Assembly: GCA_028023455.1 (NCBI GenBank)
Contig: JAQFVV010000005.1
Location: 20,646,001-20,710,000 of the forward strand
Source of the DNA: Epiperipatus broadwayi
Taxonomy: Eukaryota; Animalia; Onychophora
Direction of reading: 5' to 3'
DNA length: 64,000 nucleotides
The notes under the pieces were generated by a model. The model ran no database searches. It saw only the letters and a program-made list of their open reading frames with translations, and was not told the origin of the DNA. The translations under genes and the position numbers were made by a program. Within the stretch, counting starts at the first letter, position 1, and the number at the start of each line of letters is the position of its first letter. Below, in pieces: positions 1 to 12,943 of this stretch.

Positions 1-130
1 TGTTTTTGCTTTTGTTTTCATCAGTGAGAATTAGGATTCAAATCTGGAATTAATGCAATTATATATCAAAAAACCTTTTGTTTCTTAATACTATTCAAAC
101 TAATGACATGAAATTAAAAACCTAAAGTTT
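1..130 (-). repeat. Diverged fragment related to HHR family B, with degenerate hammerhead 5' half
   Basis: Minus strand reads ttctca-CTGATGA-aaac-aaaa-gc, matching family-B tcctca-CTGANGA-aggc-(c)acaa-gcc. Positions 20-130 resemble 380-500 in inverted orientation. Confidence 0.45.
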
Positions 131-379
131 TAAACTTCAGCTAATTTTCTTGCATATTTGTATATAAATCGTATACTAGATCAGTTTCTACATATTTTAA
201 AGATCTCACTTTTATGTCAGTTGTGTACAATGTGTTTAGATTCAGAATCTTAAGAGCTTTTTTGAAATTTAGGTTGGTATTAATTTGGCTAGGGTAAAAC
301 AGTAAAAGATCATTGCTAGATATATAAGTTCCAACTTTGAACCATAATCCTCAGTTATAAGAATAAAAGTCTACAAGAG

Positions 380-520
380 AGCTAACTCAGATTCAAAACC
401 TTAGGTTTTTTAGTTTTAGGCTGTTAATTGGAATAGTATAGAGAAATAAAAGATGGCTGCTACATGCACATATTCTAGCTTTAAATTCTAGTCCTCAATG
501 ATGAATGCAGATGGGAATGT
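380..520 (+). repeat. Diverged fragment related to HHR family B
   Basis: gagaaataaaagatggctgct resembles family-B ggagataaaaggtggctgct (reverse complement of ~29785-29805). It is followed by gtcctca-aTGATGA-a, a decayed HHR start. Confidence 0.4.
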
Positions 521-604
521 TATGGCACCTGATGTCTAATGATTATTTAAGCTTACAATAGATGGCTCTAAGGTAGGATGAAAAGTTCTATTCTTCATAA
601 TCAT

Positions 605-807
<203 letters not shown>

Positions 808-1325
808 AAATAAACCTAGCTATCCCATATCTCACACCATGAAGAATCACTAGTCTAGCATCAATGTCAATTTACTACAACTTTCCAACATAAATCCTGT
901 GTAAATAAGTGATCTATTGAGAAACAAATTAGTCAAGTCTATGAATTATAAACTTTTTACTATGATCAGCAAAAAATAAAAATGTGTGATTATTGTCAGT
1001 TGTAATTTGCCTTTATTTTCACTTTGTGCTTGAATAACAATTATATGATTTGATGGAAAATAGGTTTGCTTACTCTAATAAGTCATTGACAATAGTATCT
1101 ACACTAATAAACACATCATTATAAATAACAGACTGCCATTCCAAAATGTCATTTTATGGAATAGTCATGTAATTTAATATATATATTATTGAAGATTACT
1201 TCGAATAATTAATCCTTTTCGAAAATCTTTCTAGTAAGCAAGTCTATTAATGACTCCTATAATCTCCTGCAAAAGGATCAAATAATGAAACATTAGTGTT
1301 TTTTTGAAGGTTTAGGATGCTGGCA

Positions 1326-1505
1326 TTTTATTTGTATATTGGACTAAAAATCCATTATCTAATATAAGGTATTGGATGTCTTTAGAAAAAATTAACTTTA
1401 TTTAAATTTTCGAAGTAAACTTTAAATAAAATAAAAATTTTCTAAAGACATGCAATACTTTATATTAGATGATGGAAATAGTCCAATATATAAATACAAA
1501 TAAAA
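1326..1505. mobile_element. Palindromic MITE-like element (~81-85-bp arms, weaker extension to ~1270-1575)
   Basis: 1326-1406 is an imperfect reverse complement of 1421-1505. A related fragment lies at ~48805-48860. Confidence 0.65.
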
Positions 1506-1709
1506 CGTTTACTTACTACCAATATTAGGTTTTCATTGCTTTCCATCACAATCTTGCAAAATATGAGTTTCCCCAGTAAGTACTGTGATCAAACAAAGAA
1601 TCAAGGTGGTATTCGTGGATGACAACTGTTACGATTTTCCACCTCATTTTTAGTGTTATTTGAGCAATTCAAGTCAAATTTTATTATGTTCTACTGATTC
1701 GAAAATTAC

Positions 1710-1950
1710 AAAATATAAGCTGAACATTGATTGTATATATGTGTGGAGATGATAATCTGGACCAACTGACGAGTACTGGTTTAGCACGAAATACGGACAT
1801 TGATGATTATTTATCTTTTCGAGATGTGTGTGATCAAGTATATCAGCAGTGTGAGTTGGCATGGATAGATGAGGGTCGTGTAAAAGTCTGAGTTCAAATC
1901 CCCTATATATTACATATTGGAGTGTAGATATGAAAAAGCCTGTACTGTAG
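1710..1950 (+). mobile_element. Partial copy of HHR-bearing family A (retrozyme-like)
   Basis: Collinear with 46610-46850. Contains accaa-CTGACGA-gtact-ggttt-agcac-GAAA-tacgga-ca-ttgat at 1761-1805. Confidence 0.8.
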
Positions 1951-2605
1951 AAAAAATTCATGTATAAATGTTTAAATTAAAAATACAATGGTATTTATTC
2001 ACAGTTTTCAATTATCCTCAGAACAAAACATAACTAATTTCCTTAAAAGTATTTACTACTTGTTATTGGTACTAATCTGTTTGTATACAGCTGACGTATG
2101 TCACGAAAAGATATTTTTTTCCCTTTTTCTTGTATTCATTTATTTTTAATTAAATAAAATGAATTTCATAATCCCCAGAAATAATACTGCAAGCTCAAAC
2201 AGTTTAATTCCTAATGGAAATTTTTATCTAGAAATTAGCACCCCCCCCCCACAGACACACTGTCGTTTAATTAACGTAATTAAAAAATATGTATGCATAC
2301 AAAAAAAAAAAAAAAAAGAACGCGAGATCCATAAGTAATTGATTTGTTTTTAATTAAATTATAATTTAAAAGCAAAATCAATACAAACAATAATGATGTA
2401 CTTATTTAAAAATCAATTCGTTGGTTTTGTTTATTACTAAAGTACATTTTTTCTATTGTACACCGACATACTTGTGCGTGCGTGTGTGAAAAAAAGATAT
2501 GCATATATATCAGGAGAACTTTTAAGAAACGGGATCATAATCAATATAATACACAAATATTTCTAAAAAATAATTGAATATTTTTTTTTTTTTGTTCTCT
2601 TTTAG

Positions 2606-2742
2606 GCTTCAAGAGAACACGTGATATTAAAGCACAAGAAGCGATTAATCGAATTTCAGTACAGAAACTGAAACTTTGGTTATCCATGACTCTAAACGCA
2701 CAGCTAAACTCATTCAGAGCGCAAATAGCAGTGCTAATGTGA
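2606..2742 (+). CDS. Candidate terminal coding exon of an unidentified gene (xFKRTRDIKAQEAINRISVQKLKLWLSMTLNAQLNSFRAQIAVLM*)
   Basis: Long polypyrimidine tract ending in TAG at 2605, then 44 open codons to TGA 2740-2742, with higher GC/CpG than the surroundings. Protein not recognised. Confidence 0.35.
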
Positions 2743-4452
2743 AATGAAATATTTTACCAAAACATATAGTGTATATTATTTTTTAAATATTGAGAAAAAT
2801 ATACAGTAAAAACTTTTAAAATGGTTAGTTTTCGGGCTTATTGAAAGTGAGAATGAAAACCACCTTCCATTACTGATTAATTCATCATTACTAATCGGTA
2901 ATCAATTTCACTGATTAAAGAATAAAATATATATTCGTGAAATTGTATGTGCATGAATAATTATTTCTGGAATAAATGAAATACGATAATTTGCTTAAAA
3001 GAAAGGAAGGAAGAGAAAATCAATATATAAATAAGTTAGTGTGCATATAATCCGTTCTAAAAATAGGTAAATTTAAATTCCAATCAGAAATGATTATTTA
3101 ATTTTAAATAAATATGAAATAATAGAATTCTAAAAACATTTTAGAAGTACTTTCTAAAGTCACTCGAGTTATTTTGAGAGGTATTTGTAGCAAAATAATA
3201 TTCAAAAAGAATGCCTCTTTCTGTAAAAACCTTCAGTTTATTAGTGTTTCTCAATCAGTAATGTAATTTATAAAAATTTACTGAAAGTACAAAATCAAGT
3301 TTTATAACAAAGTGTTTGTAAAGCAGTACCGCTATAAGAGTGTTACATACCATCTTTGGGCGATGTCACTTTTGCCGCTTTCTCTTTTCTCCAAACAAAA
3401 TTAAGTAATCTTTTTACAACAACAACAAAAATACTTTCACACATTTTAAAACAACTTTTATTTCAGTGTAATAATGTTATAAACATAAAGGAACACGGAG
3501 ATATGTATAGTTATATAATATTGAACTATTGAAAACGATATAAATATGCTTCTCTTTCTTACAGACGAATAAGCATTTTCATGTTTTATCGTTTCACTTC
3601 CTCAGTGTCCTGCAGATCGACTATAAACATTTAATATATGTTAGATGGCAATGCATCTTTAACAAAATTGATAATCATTCACATAAAATTGCAAAGAAAA
3701 AAAAATCAAGAATCATTTCAACACCATATATCATTTTGACCTGGAACAGGAATCTCATCAGATGACCCTGAAAATTTACATCAGCTCCCCCCCCCCTCTC
3801 TATCAATACTTTAACATGATTTAATACAGTATTTAAACTAAAAATGCCCGATTTATTTCGAGAGAGAGAAAAAATAAAAATGCATATTTAACATCTTAGG
3901 ACAAGGGTTATCACATGTATCTACAATTATAAAATATATATATGAATTATATGGCATTTTGGATTATTATACAAATATGTTACAGTCTTAATGAATCATA
4001 AAAAATGTGTATATAACATATAACGTTATTGGTTCAATTATATATAAGAACCCTAAATCAATCAATTTTCAGTCATTTCTGGCTATAAAATATCTTTGTA
4101 TTAAATAAATTTATCTTTTACAATTTATTCATTTTTTTTAGTTATGTTTGAAATTAATTTTAATAAAAATTTTGTTAAAATAGTTTTGTTTTGACAAAAA
4201 TATTATTCAAACTAAAGACTATTGGTACATAAAAAATTACATTTTGCAAATTTAGCCTTAATTTACATACATTATTTCACCATAAAACAATTAATTAGTG
4301 ATTGTGTAGTAGGTTCTAGTAAAGATAGAGATTACGACTATCTTACAAATTCAAATCAGCTTAGAAGTCATGTAATGTATTTAATTTAGTATTGCTTAAA
4401 TAATTATAGAACAAAATATAAATTATAATAATTTATAAAATTATTTAATAAC

Positions 4453-4477
4453 GATAATAATAATAATGATGATGATG

Positions 4478-4566
<89 letters not shown>
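4453..4566 (+). repeat. (GAT)n/(AAT)n microsatellite
   Basis: Direct reading. Confidence 0.99.
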
Positions 4567-5049
4567 TCAGTTTTATTTTAAATCTTTCTTCATAAATTTG
4601 TATTATTTCTTTCTCCCCTCATGTCACTCAGATTTACTGCTATGGGAAATTTGTTACTAAATGTGAGGCTGTTAATGTTGGAAGAATAGCTGCTGCATAA
4701 ATAAATAGATTAAATATCACTAGTGTATTTTATTAAGAAACTATCATGGTTTTTCAGTGTCATCTAGTATCTATCAATTGAACAATATTCACACAGCATT
4801 AGTTTTATAATGGAAAGATAAGGGGAATTTAGATATAAAGGCCGTGGAGTTGACAAAGATTACGTTGTGGAAATGGGATGGAGCAGAATGTGGGAAAACT
4901 TAGACTGGGAATGGAAAATAAAGTGGCTAACAGGTTTCTCTGGGCATAATTGCTGAGAGATTTTTGACTTCGTTTAAGGAGAAGCTAAAGTACATCACAT
5001 CATATCACATATATCAATCTTCTGACAGAAATAAAGCTACTTTCGCATT

Positions 5050-5480
5050 AGGCAGACCTATATGTAATATTAAAATGCTAAACTGGTTTCAAATCTATAT
5101 TAGCTGACAAATAAATAGTTTACTTTCAAAGTCTTATAGTAATTCAATTTGTCAGGTGTATGTAAAGTCTACAGAATAGATACATCATTGTCAAACAACT
5201 GCAAATACTGAAGAAATCCCAAAAAGACAAAAACATTGCATATTGTGACTTTATTTTATCATGCTTCTGTCTTTAACAGACTGTACTAAAGATATTGAAG
5301 TCTATATTCAACAGATGCCATTGTTACAAATTTTTATAAACAAGGTTTAATAAATAAAACTTTTTATCAGGTTAATCAGAAATGTTTGAGATGTTCCAAT
5401 ACAAAAAATTGGGATGAATACACCAATAGTATACAATATGTTAAAGAATGAAATAAATTAAGAACTTAATAAGTAGAAAA
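5050..5480 (+). pseudogene. Possible highly decayed PLE RT-thumb remnant
   Basis: Broken frames give VYVKST (cf. PLE VYRKPT) and ILKSIFNRC (cf. IKSLFNRA), with many stops. Confidence 0.25.
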
Positions 5481-5804
5481 AAAGATAAGGAAGTGAAGAT
5501 AAAAGATTGATAAGTATTTATTTGATAACAAAGCAAGGTAGTACTAAAGCAGGAAAAAATATTCATGATAATTTTGGAGAAAGTTGAGTAGAAGAAGAAA
5601 GGGAGGGGAAAAGGGAAGATGAGGGAGAGAAGGAGGAAGTATAAAGATTTACTTTTAAAACAAATATAGAGACTTTAGAAGAAAAAAAATAAATCTAGCT
5701 TTATCATATAATATATGTAAAAATGGAATAGAAAATATATATACTTATCACATGATAAAACTTCAATATATTATTTTGATGTTTATTAAACTTTAAAAAA
5801 ATAG

Positions 5805-6275
5805 TAGTCAAGTGGTTTATTGTTACTGACCACACTGTAAGTTACAAAGCTAAACCATAATTTACAGATCCACGGATTTTAAATCCCAGATCTTCTATAA
5901 TAGTCAAATGGTTTATTGTTAAAAGACCACACTGGAAGTGACAAAGCAGCAGCATAATCCACAAATCCATGGATTTTGCATCTATAATAGTCAAATGGTT
6001 TATTGTTAGAAGACCACACTGAAAGTGACAAAGCTGGACCATAATCCACAGATACATGGATTTTGAATCCCAGATCTTCTATAATAGCCAAATGGTTTAT
6101 TATTAGAAGACCATACTGGAAGTGACAAAGCTAGACCATAATCTACAGATCCATGGATTTTCAATCCTAGATCTTCTATAACAGTCAAATGATTTATTGT
6201 TAGAAGACCACAAATGGAAGTGACAAAGCTGGACCATAATCGACAGATCCATGGATTTTGAATCCCAGATCTTAC
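5805..6275 (+). repeat. Tandem array of 5 x ~97-bp units containing an initiator-tRNA-Met-like core
   Basis: Units start at 5805, 5901, 5988, 6085 and 6182. Core TGGAAGTG...GCTGGACCATAATCCACAGATCCATGGAT aligns with metazoan tRNA-iMet CGGAAGCG-TGCTGGGCCCATAACCCAGAGGTCGATGGAT. Confidence 0.85.
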
Positions 6276-9200
6276 TCTAATGCACAAAACTATGTAAGAT
6301 TATAAAATGGGTCACAAATTATGATTTAAAGTACAATTTTTATTGATGAAAAAATTAAAAAACTTAAAGACATAGTAATGGAAAAGATAGAAAAATTTGA
6401 GAAATAGAATGGAGGTGGTGACAGCAAGAATAATAATTAGCAACATAAAATATATTTGGTGTGGTTTAGTACAATGGTAGTAAATCTACAAATTCATGAA
6501 TTTACCTCAACCTATCACATTCGCAGTTGAAAAATCATCTGATCCATAAAAGCGATATGATTCAATTGTTTTGACTTTGGTAAAGATAAAGAACACTTTT
6601 CATTGTCAGATAAAAGAAAGAACATTTTAAAGATATACAACATCCTTCCATCAACGATCTTTCTCTCTTCTCTTTGAAGGTCTTTTTGATGAAAATTATT
6701 CTTCAAAAATGTTTTTGACTTTATTAACTACTTTTATTTTTATGAAGTTATTATCCAGTAAACAAAAATATATAGAAATTATAACTTTTTCACCTTTATA
6801 AATAAATTACGATAGCTTGGTCAAACAATTTTAAGATATTTAAATTTTTTTAAATCATTCACTAGGGTATCAATGAAGACCACTGAATTTCTTCTGAAAG
6901 ATAATTAACTTTTTAACTCATCATGAGAGTATTATAACAGTTTACTGACGTCACATCTCATCTTTGACTAACTTCTTCAAGTTTATCAATTTATGCTCTC
7001 TTTTTCAAATGCTTGCAGTTATCACTCAAGATCATTCATCAAGTCCCTTTTTATTGTCTTTTTTTAGCCTTCCACTGTTTTACTAACTGTTCTTAATAAT
7101 TATTCTGCTTGAAGTATTCACTGCTAATACTTTTTAAAAAATAATTAATCTTTCTTTAAATAATATATAGTAAGAAAAAGTAAAACGATTTTTAAATAGT
7201 CCATTATAGAGCAAAGGTTTTCCCATTGACCTCCTATAAAGAAATAATGAAGATGAAGGAAGTTCTACCAGTCATGACATTTTATAAGTAATAAAGGTTT
7301 GACTGGATTTAATAGCTAGATACCCATTTTCTAGCCACTATTAGATGGTTATCTGGATTGGATATGCATAGCTATGTTAAAGAAAAGTTTCAAGTTCACT
7401 GAAAAAATTTTCAAATCTATTCAGTCCAGATTCAAATCCAAGTCATCTGTATGGTAATATGCCCATCAAAATATACTATTTTGAATATGATTATATTATT
7501 TATTTTATTTCACTATGTCATAATATGAGGGTTGTTGCTTTGTAATAAAAAGTACATAAAAGATACTGTAATAATTTTTGCTAAAAGTTAGTGAAAGTTA
7601 TAGCAAACTATCAATAGTGATGATCAAGAATTTACTGACCTCTGCCAGTTCATTTAATGACTTAACTTTCACCTTTGTCTTCCCAGTTCTAGAGTCTTAT
7701 TATCAGGATTCACTCTGATCCTGATTATTGCTAACACTGTTTTGCATATTATGTTTTGATTTTTTCATATCTCAGTTACTCTTCAATTTCTCCCTATATC
7801 CTCAACTCACAAACTTTCCATCTTAGACAATATAATAAATCAATAGGAGCTCTCTATTCTAGTATCATCTGGAATAACCTTGAGTAATCAGTGATTAACA
7901 TTTATCCTTAGTATTTAAGTCTTCAACTCATATCAGTTTCTGCCTTGCGGCTTTATTAGTGGATCATGGATTTCAACATTAGAAGGAATACAAACATGCA
8001 TTCAGTAGTTAGCTTTAACTTTTGAACCCAAGTCATGGGTTCAAAAATCTTAGTCTGATTTGACTTTCAGGTTTTCAGCTTGGCAAGCACTCTTCCCAAA
8101 ACTAAATCCCATGCTCCCACTGATAAAAACAAAATCTACAAACTGATATGAGGAAATTTAGATACCAAGAAAAGATATTTTATATGCATTTTGTATTCAC
8201 TGCTCGCTCAAACTTTAGATGATGGCATAGAGTGGAAAGCTGTTCTTGTCTTGGATCTTCAACTACTGTAAATATCACATCTCTTCTTTCCTTGGTAATA
8301 TTTTTTAAAACAATCTTATTTTCAGCATTCACTTTTTCCCTTCAACCCACAACACAAAATCTTGCAATTTTTTTTAACTTTTATTCTTTTAATGTTCAAT
8401 TAATTAGATCAGATTTAACACTAACTCAGGACCGTTTCACTACTTATTATATTCCTCAAATGAAGATCCTTTTTATTGATGTTTAACCGTGAATCCGTTC
8501 AAACGAGTGAAACATTATGGCGTAAAAATAAACTTCTTGTAAAGCCCTAAATAAATTTATTTTTTAGATTTAACAGTAAAACCACCTGGATTGGATTTTC
8601 TTAGATGGGATTGGAATTTCATTATCAGATTCAGCTATCTACGATATTTGTAGGTCAAACTGTAGTAATACATGTATCCTATATGTGCGCGCAATATGAA
8701 TTAAAAAATCAAAATATAGAAAAATAAGTTGTTGTATTTAATTATTAATTTATATATTTTTTAATAATTTTTTGAATCGCGAAAAGTGAAACAGCGGATA
8801 TAAAGATCACAGACATGGTGAAACTACTATGATGAAATAAAAATAAGTTTAATCAGTTTTGATAATTGAACACATGATCTCCTAGTATTAAATAACTAAA
8901 ATAAATATTTCTAAACTATTTATTTCTAAATCGTAAAAATATTATTTCCCACATCACACTTTTTATATGCTGAGTAGTTTTGAGATGTACTCTCTTCCTA
9001 CGAAAAGCACCGAGAAAAGGCATTTCATGGCGGTGTGTGTATTAATTTACACATCTATGTGTATAGAAAATAAGTATAGAGGAAATGTATTTAAGTAAAG
9101 ACAGAATTGTTTAATATTTTTTTAAGACTCAGTTCACCGCCCCCGCGCTAATTTCTCAAAATTTGTTTTGAGGAATATTAGCCAATTAGCAGAAATCTGT

Positions 9201-9849
9201 TCAACGCATCCGGAGAACAGATTTATCTTAATTTCTACATCAATAGAAATTAAGATAAATATTTGTTGATAATGAATAATTTTAAGACAGATGTTGGCAA
9301 TAATTCAGTTTATCAAAACAAAAAAAACAGAAATTTGACTTACTTTTAGATAATGAAAGAAAAAAATGTTATTCAAAAACGTAAATTTTTACAATAATAA
9401 AAAAGATTTTAAAAAATGAGTTAAAATGGATTTAAAATCAAAAATATGTAAATAAATCAAACAGAATGGATTTGAGATTTTGTTCAAGTCATTATTTTGG
9501 GGTTATATTTCATAAACAACGGCAATATCAATATTGCATTTAAAACATTATTGTTAATGGATCTGATAGCAATTTAATAGACTTTTAAAAATGTTTTTTG
9601 GCTAAAAACCACGTGATCAAACAATAAGATAAGACTTAATCATCACCACCCACAGTAGTTTTTCATTGTTTAACATAGAACAATTGTTTGAATATAAAAT
9701 AATTTACTGAAATGCATTATTAAAAAATCTTCCATAAATGAGTATTGTGAAAAATTAATAATAATTAATAGTAATTTTTATCGTAGAAAAATGAAATAAT
9801 TAACAGTGATTGTTACCATTTGTATTTTATACAGAAAAGTATAAAGAAG

Positions 9850-10150
9850 TCTATACTGGGAATAATAATAAGGGACCGTAAGCAAAATATAGGAGCAATA
9901 AAACAATACGTGATATCACAAACAGAATGAAAAAATTAAAACGGAGACGGCTAGATATACGGTATGAGAAATGGCAATAGAAGAGCAGTCACATCTTAAA
10001 CTGGATCCCAAGAGATTGAAAAAAAAACCCCCACATGAGATGAACAGAAGAGATTAGGAAATTTGCTCATGTGATGTCAAGAAGTTATGGATCAGAACAA
10101 CTAGGTTAAACTTAAAGAGACTTTCATTTGCAGTGGATAAATAAATGATA
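9850..10150 (+). mobile_element. Old RTE LINE 3'-end fragment
   Basis: Shares aactggatcccaagagatt and ctttcatttgcagtggat with the RTE 3' ends at 57970-58260 and 24541-24800. Confidence 0.65.
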
Positions 10151-12249
10151 ATGAAGAATATGTAGATAGCAACTGCAATCTATTTCACACACACCAAGAC
10201 AGGATAATCTATATCAAATAAACAAATGAAAACTAGATATAAAATATATATAGAAGAAAAGCATATGAGGTATAATTCTTAGCTTACATTATAAGAATGT
10301 AGTACAATGATTATTTAATGTTTATTACATTATAACAATCAGCAACTATAAAAAATGTACTAGTTTAATTTATTTTATAAAACACTATTTTAACATAAGA
10401 CTTTATGTGTACTAAGATGTTATTTATTTCTCACAATCATGTTTTAACTTTACCAGTAATCAAGCTATCTTCTACAATTGCTCTAAAGATACGTTAAATA
10501 TTTTTGGGATGAAACAGATTTACTACTTAGTCCATTAATAAAAAAAATGTATAAATCATAGATTGAACAATAATGTATTCATTTATCATGCCTATGATCT
10601 ACGTTGAACCTGTACTGATTTTTTTTTTCAACAGGATTTTTCTTTGTAAAAGAATTGGTTAGTAAATGGGTGTTCAGCTATTTTTAGTTAGGTGGTAAAA
10701 TAAAAATAAAACCTGCTACCATTGCAACAGAGCAAGTGCCTTCTCCATCTCTGTTCCTATATGAGAGGCTGTTGGAGAGGTCTTTATTTTACAGTAGGTG
10801 TTTAAAGACTGTTCTACTTTTACCTATCAAAACTCATAACATTTTGCTTAATAATAACTTAAGTTGGGTTACAGGATTTCCAAACATATGGAAACGTTGG
10901 ATTTGTCTAAACAGAAACCATTTTACGCTATACAGCAACATCAGATGCATAAGAGACAAAATAAATTAAAATGTAGTTAAGTTTGTTAGGCTGCTCCAAT
11001 AATGACTTTTTTTTCTACGTATTTAGAGAGTAATATGAGAGGATAAAACAAAATCTAGAGATAGATGATCATAAAATTTAGAATAGAAAGATAAATAGAA
11101 CAATAGTTAATAAATAAGAGGAATAATGAAGGAAAAAATATAAAGTGTAAAAAAATACCATTGCATAAAAATAAAAATTAAAAAAAAAACATCAAAGATT
11201 GAAATATATAAGATAATATTCATTAGATTAATGCACGTCCAAACCTCTTTTTATCAATAACTGTAAACATAATTCAGTGAAATGGGCAGCTATCAAATCT
11301 GATCTCATTTCAATAGCATTTTTAATACTAAAAATAGAATGACTAAATAAAGGAGAGAATATAAAATACAATATTGAAGAGGGCCCAACCTTAATAAACA
11401 ATAGTCTTGTGATTTGGTGTGGAGCTATTTAACATATGAAGTTTGCTTCATCTTTATAAAGTGATTGGGGCTAATCAATGGAATAGACCCATTTGAAAGT
11501 TGCCACTACATAGAAAAGATTACAAGAAAATCTAAACTGATATTGTCTATATGTTATATAGATGTCATTAAAAATCAGTAGTATAAGATTGCGTCTTCTT
11601 TTTTTTTGTATAGATTTTGTCATTATTTAAAAACTTATTAGAAATAATTTAAATATTTTAATATATGTTTATTTAGTTTTAGGAAGCAATAAGAAATGGT
11701 CAACAATGATAATTAATGTTATTATTTGGTTGTAGTGCTCTTGAGTCCTGGCTATTTTAACCTGCTATTAGGCAGAAATTAAACACACACACCTGCAAAT
11801 CAAGGTGTGTTTTGTTAAATAGTCCAAAATATTCTAAAATTTACAAAGACAATAGTAATATGTAGTTAGTAATAGTTGATCAATCACAATATCTTGTCAT
11901 TACACGAACGTTCACATACACACACACACAAACTCAGATACAACATAATATTTTATAAAAGACCTTTAATAAAAGTTATAATTAGCATTTGTTTATTTGA
12001 CAACTTTTAAAATCCATTGCTGATTTCTAAAAACTCACATCTTGATTAAAATCTGATATTTTTGAAATATTGGAAACACGTCTTTAACAAACTTTGTGGG
12101 TTTAATAATACAAATCAATATTTTTAAAATAAATTATTCAAAATTATAAATAAATATATATAAAAATACATAAAAAAAATTTTTTTTAAATATATATAAA
12201 CACTTTAAATGATCAAATTTCAATGTTTAAATTTGTCCATAATGTCGAC

Positions 12250-12749
12250 TTTTATATATAAAATTTAAAATAATCAATTTAAAACAAAATTGAATAGACA
12301 ACTCACTATAAATAAATAAATTATTTAATACATCAATCCAGCTTTCATTCCTTAATGGAAGCTTTTCAAGATATTTCATTTTACACAATCACATGACCAA
12401 TTACCCACAGCAATTTCCCCCAATGGACATTATTTACATTACAATAAATATAATTATTAAATTACATACATTAAATATAAATAATAAAATACATGTATAT
12501 ACATAAAAATGATTAAACTTATTACAGGTCTTTCCCACCTCCCCCATAATATATATATATTTACGAATAATCTAATAAAAACAACCTAATAATAATAATC
12601 TATTCTTTATGTTTTCAAAATTATAATTCTAAAGTTCCACTAATCTAACACTGACCATTTCCCGCTAATTGTGCTAGGTCTTCAACCATGTTTAAACATT
12701 TATTTAAATTTTTTTGAATATATAAAATTTCATAACATTTTCTTTTCTT
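12250..12749 (-). mobile_element. PLE family 2, copy A, 3' part (GIY-YIG C-terminus, 3' UTR and HHR)
   Basis: Collinear with 20650-20850 plus 21280-21520. Continues across the L1 insertion into 19149-19524. Confidence 0.8.
12336..12372 (-). ncRNA. Variant minimal type-I hammerhead motif (U3-A8, G17)
   Basis: atc-TTGAAAA-g-cttcc-attaa-ggaat-GAAA-gc-T-G-gat. Stem I atc/gat, stem II ttcc/ggaa, palindromic AGCT helix III. Confidence 0.55.
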
Positions 12750-12943
12750 TCCAAAATATTTATTCAGGTTAATATTATACAAGTAGATGAAAGTTGTTGT
12801 GATACATGATATTCATTCTTTATGTGTAAAGTGTTGACATTGAAACTAGTGTATAATTTTGTTTAAACAGACTTAATAAGTGTGTGTTAGTTTGTTGGAC
12901 TATTAATAAGTCCTTCTGTTTTTTTCTTGCTTTATGGGATTAT

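Noticed and set aside
1529-1575. Apparent 47-nt exon (AG...GTAAGT) that could splice in frame to 2606
   Set aside because: It lies in the outer arm of the palindromic MITE-like element, and the reading frame is ambiguous.
2091-2095. Possible 5-nt microexon CTGAC with a TACTAAT branch point
   Set aside because: In the phase required by the 2606 exon it introduces TGA; no other support.
3721-3770. Hammerhead-like CTGATGAG...TCAAAA on the minus strand
   Set aside because: No valid UH site with stem I, and the segment matches a different repeat (ccctgaaaattt, also at ~36700).
5805-6275. CRISPR-like or coding interpretation of the 97-bp array
   Set aside because: Units are homologous along their whole length with no unique spacers, the context is eukaryotic, and the unit length is not a multiple of 3.
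8450-9240. CpG-richer stretch resembling a non-autonomous DNA transposon or Helitron; Tigger-like end at ~53880-54080
   Set aside because: No termini, TSD or second copy could be demonstrated.
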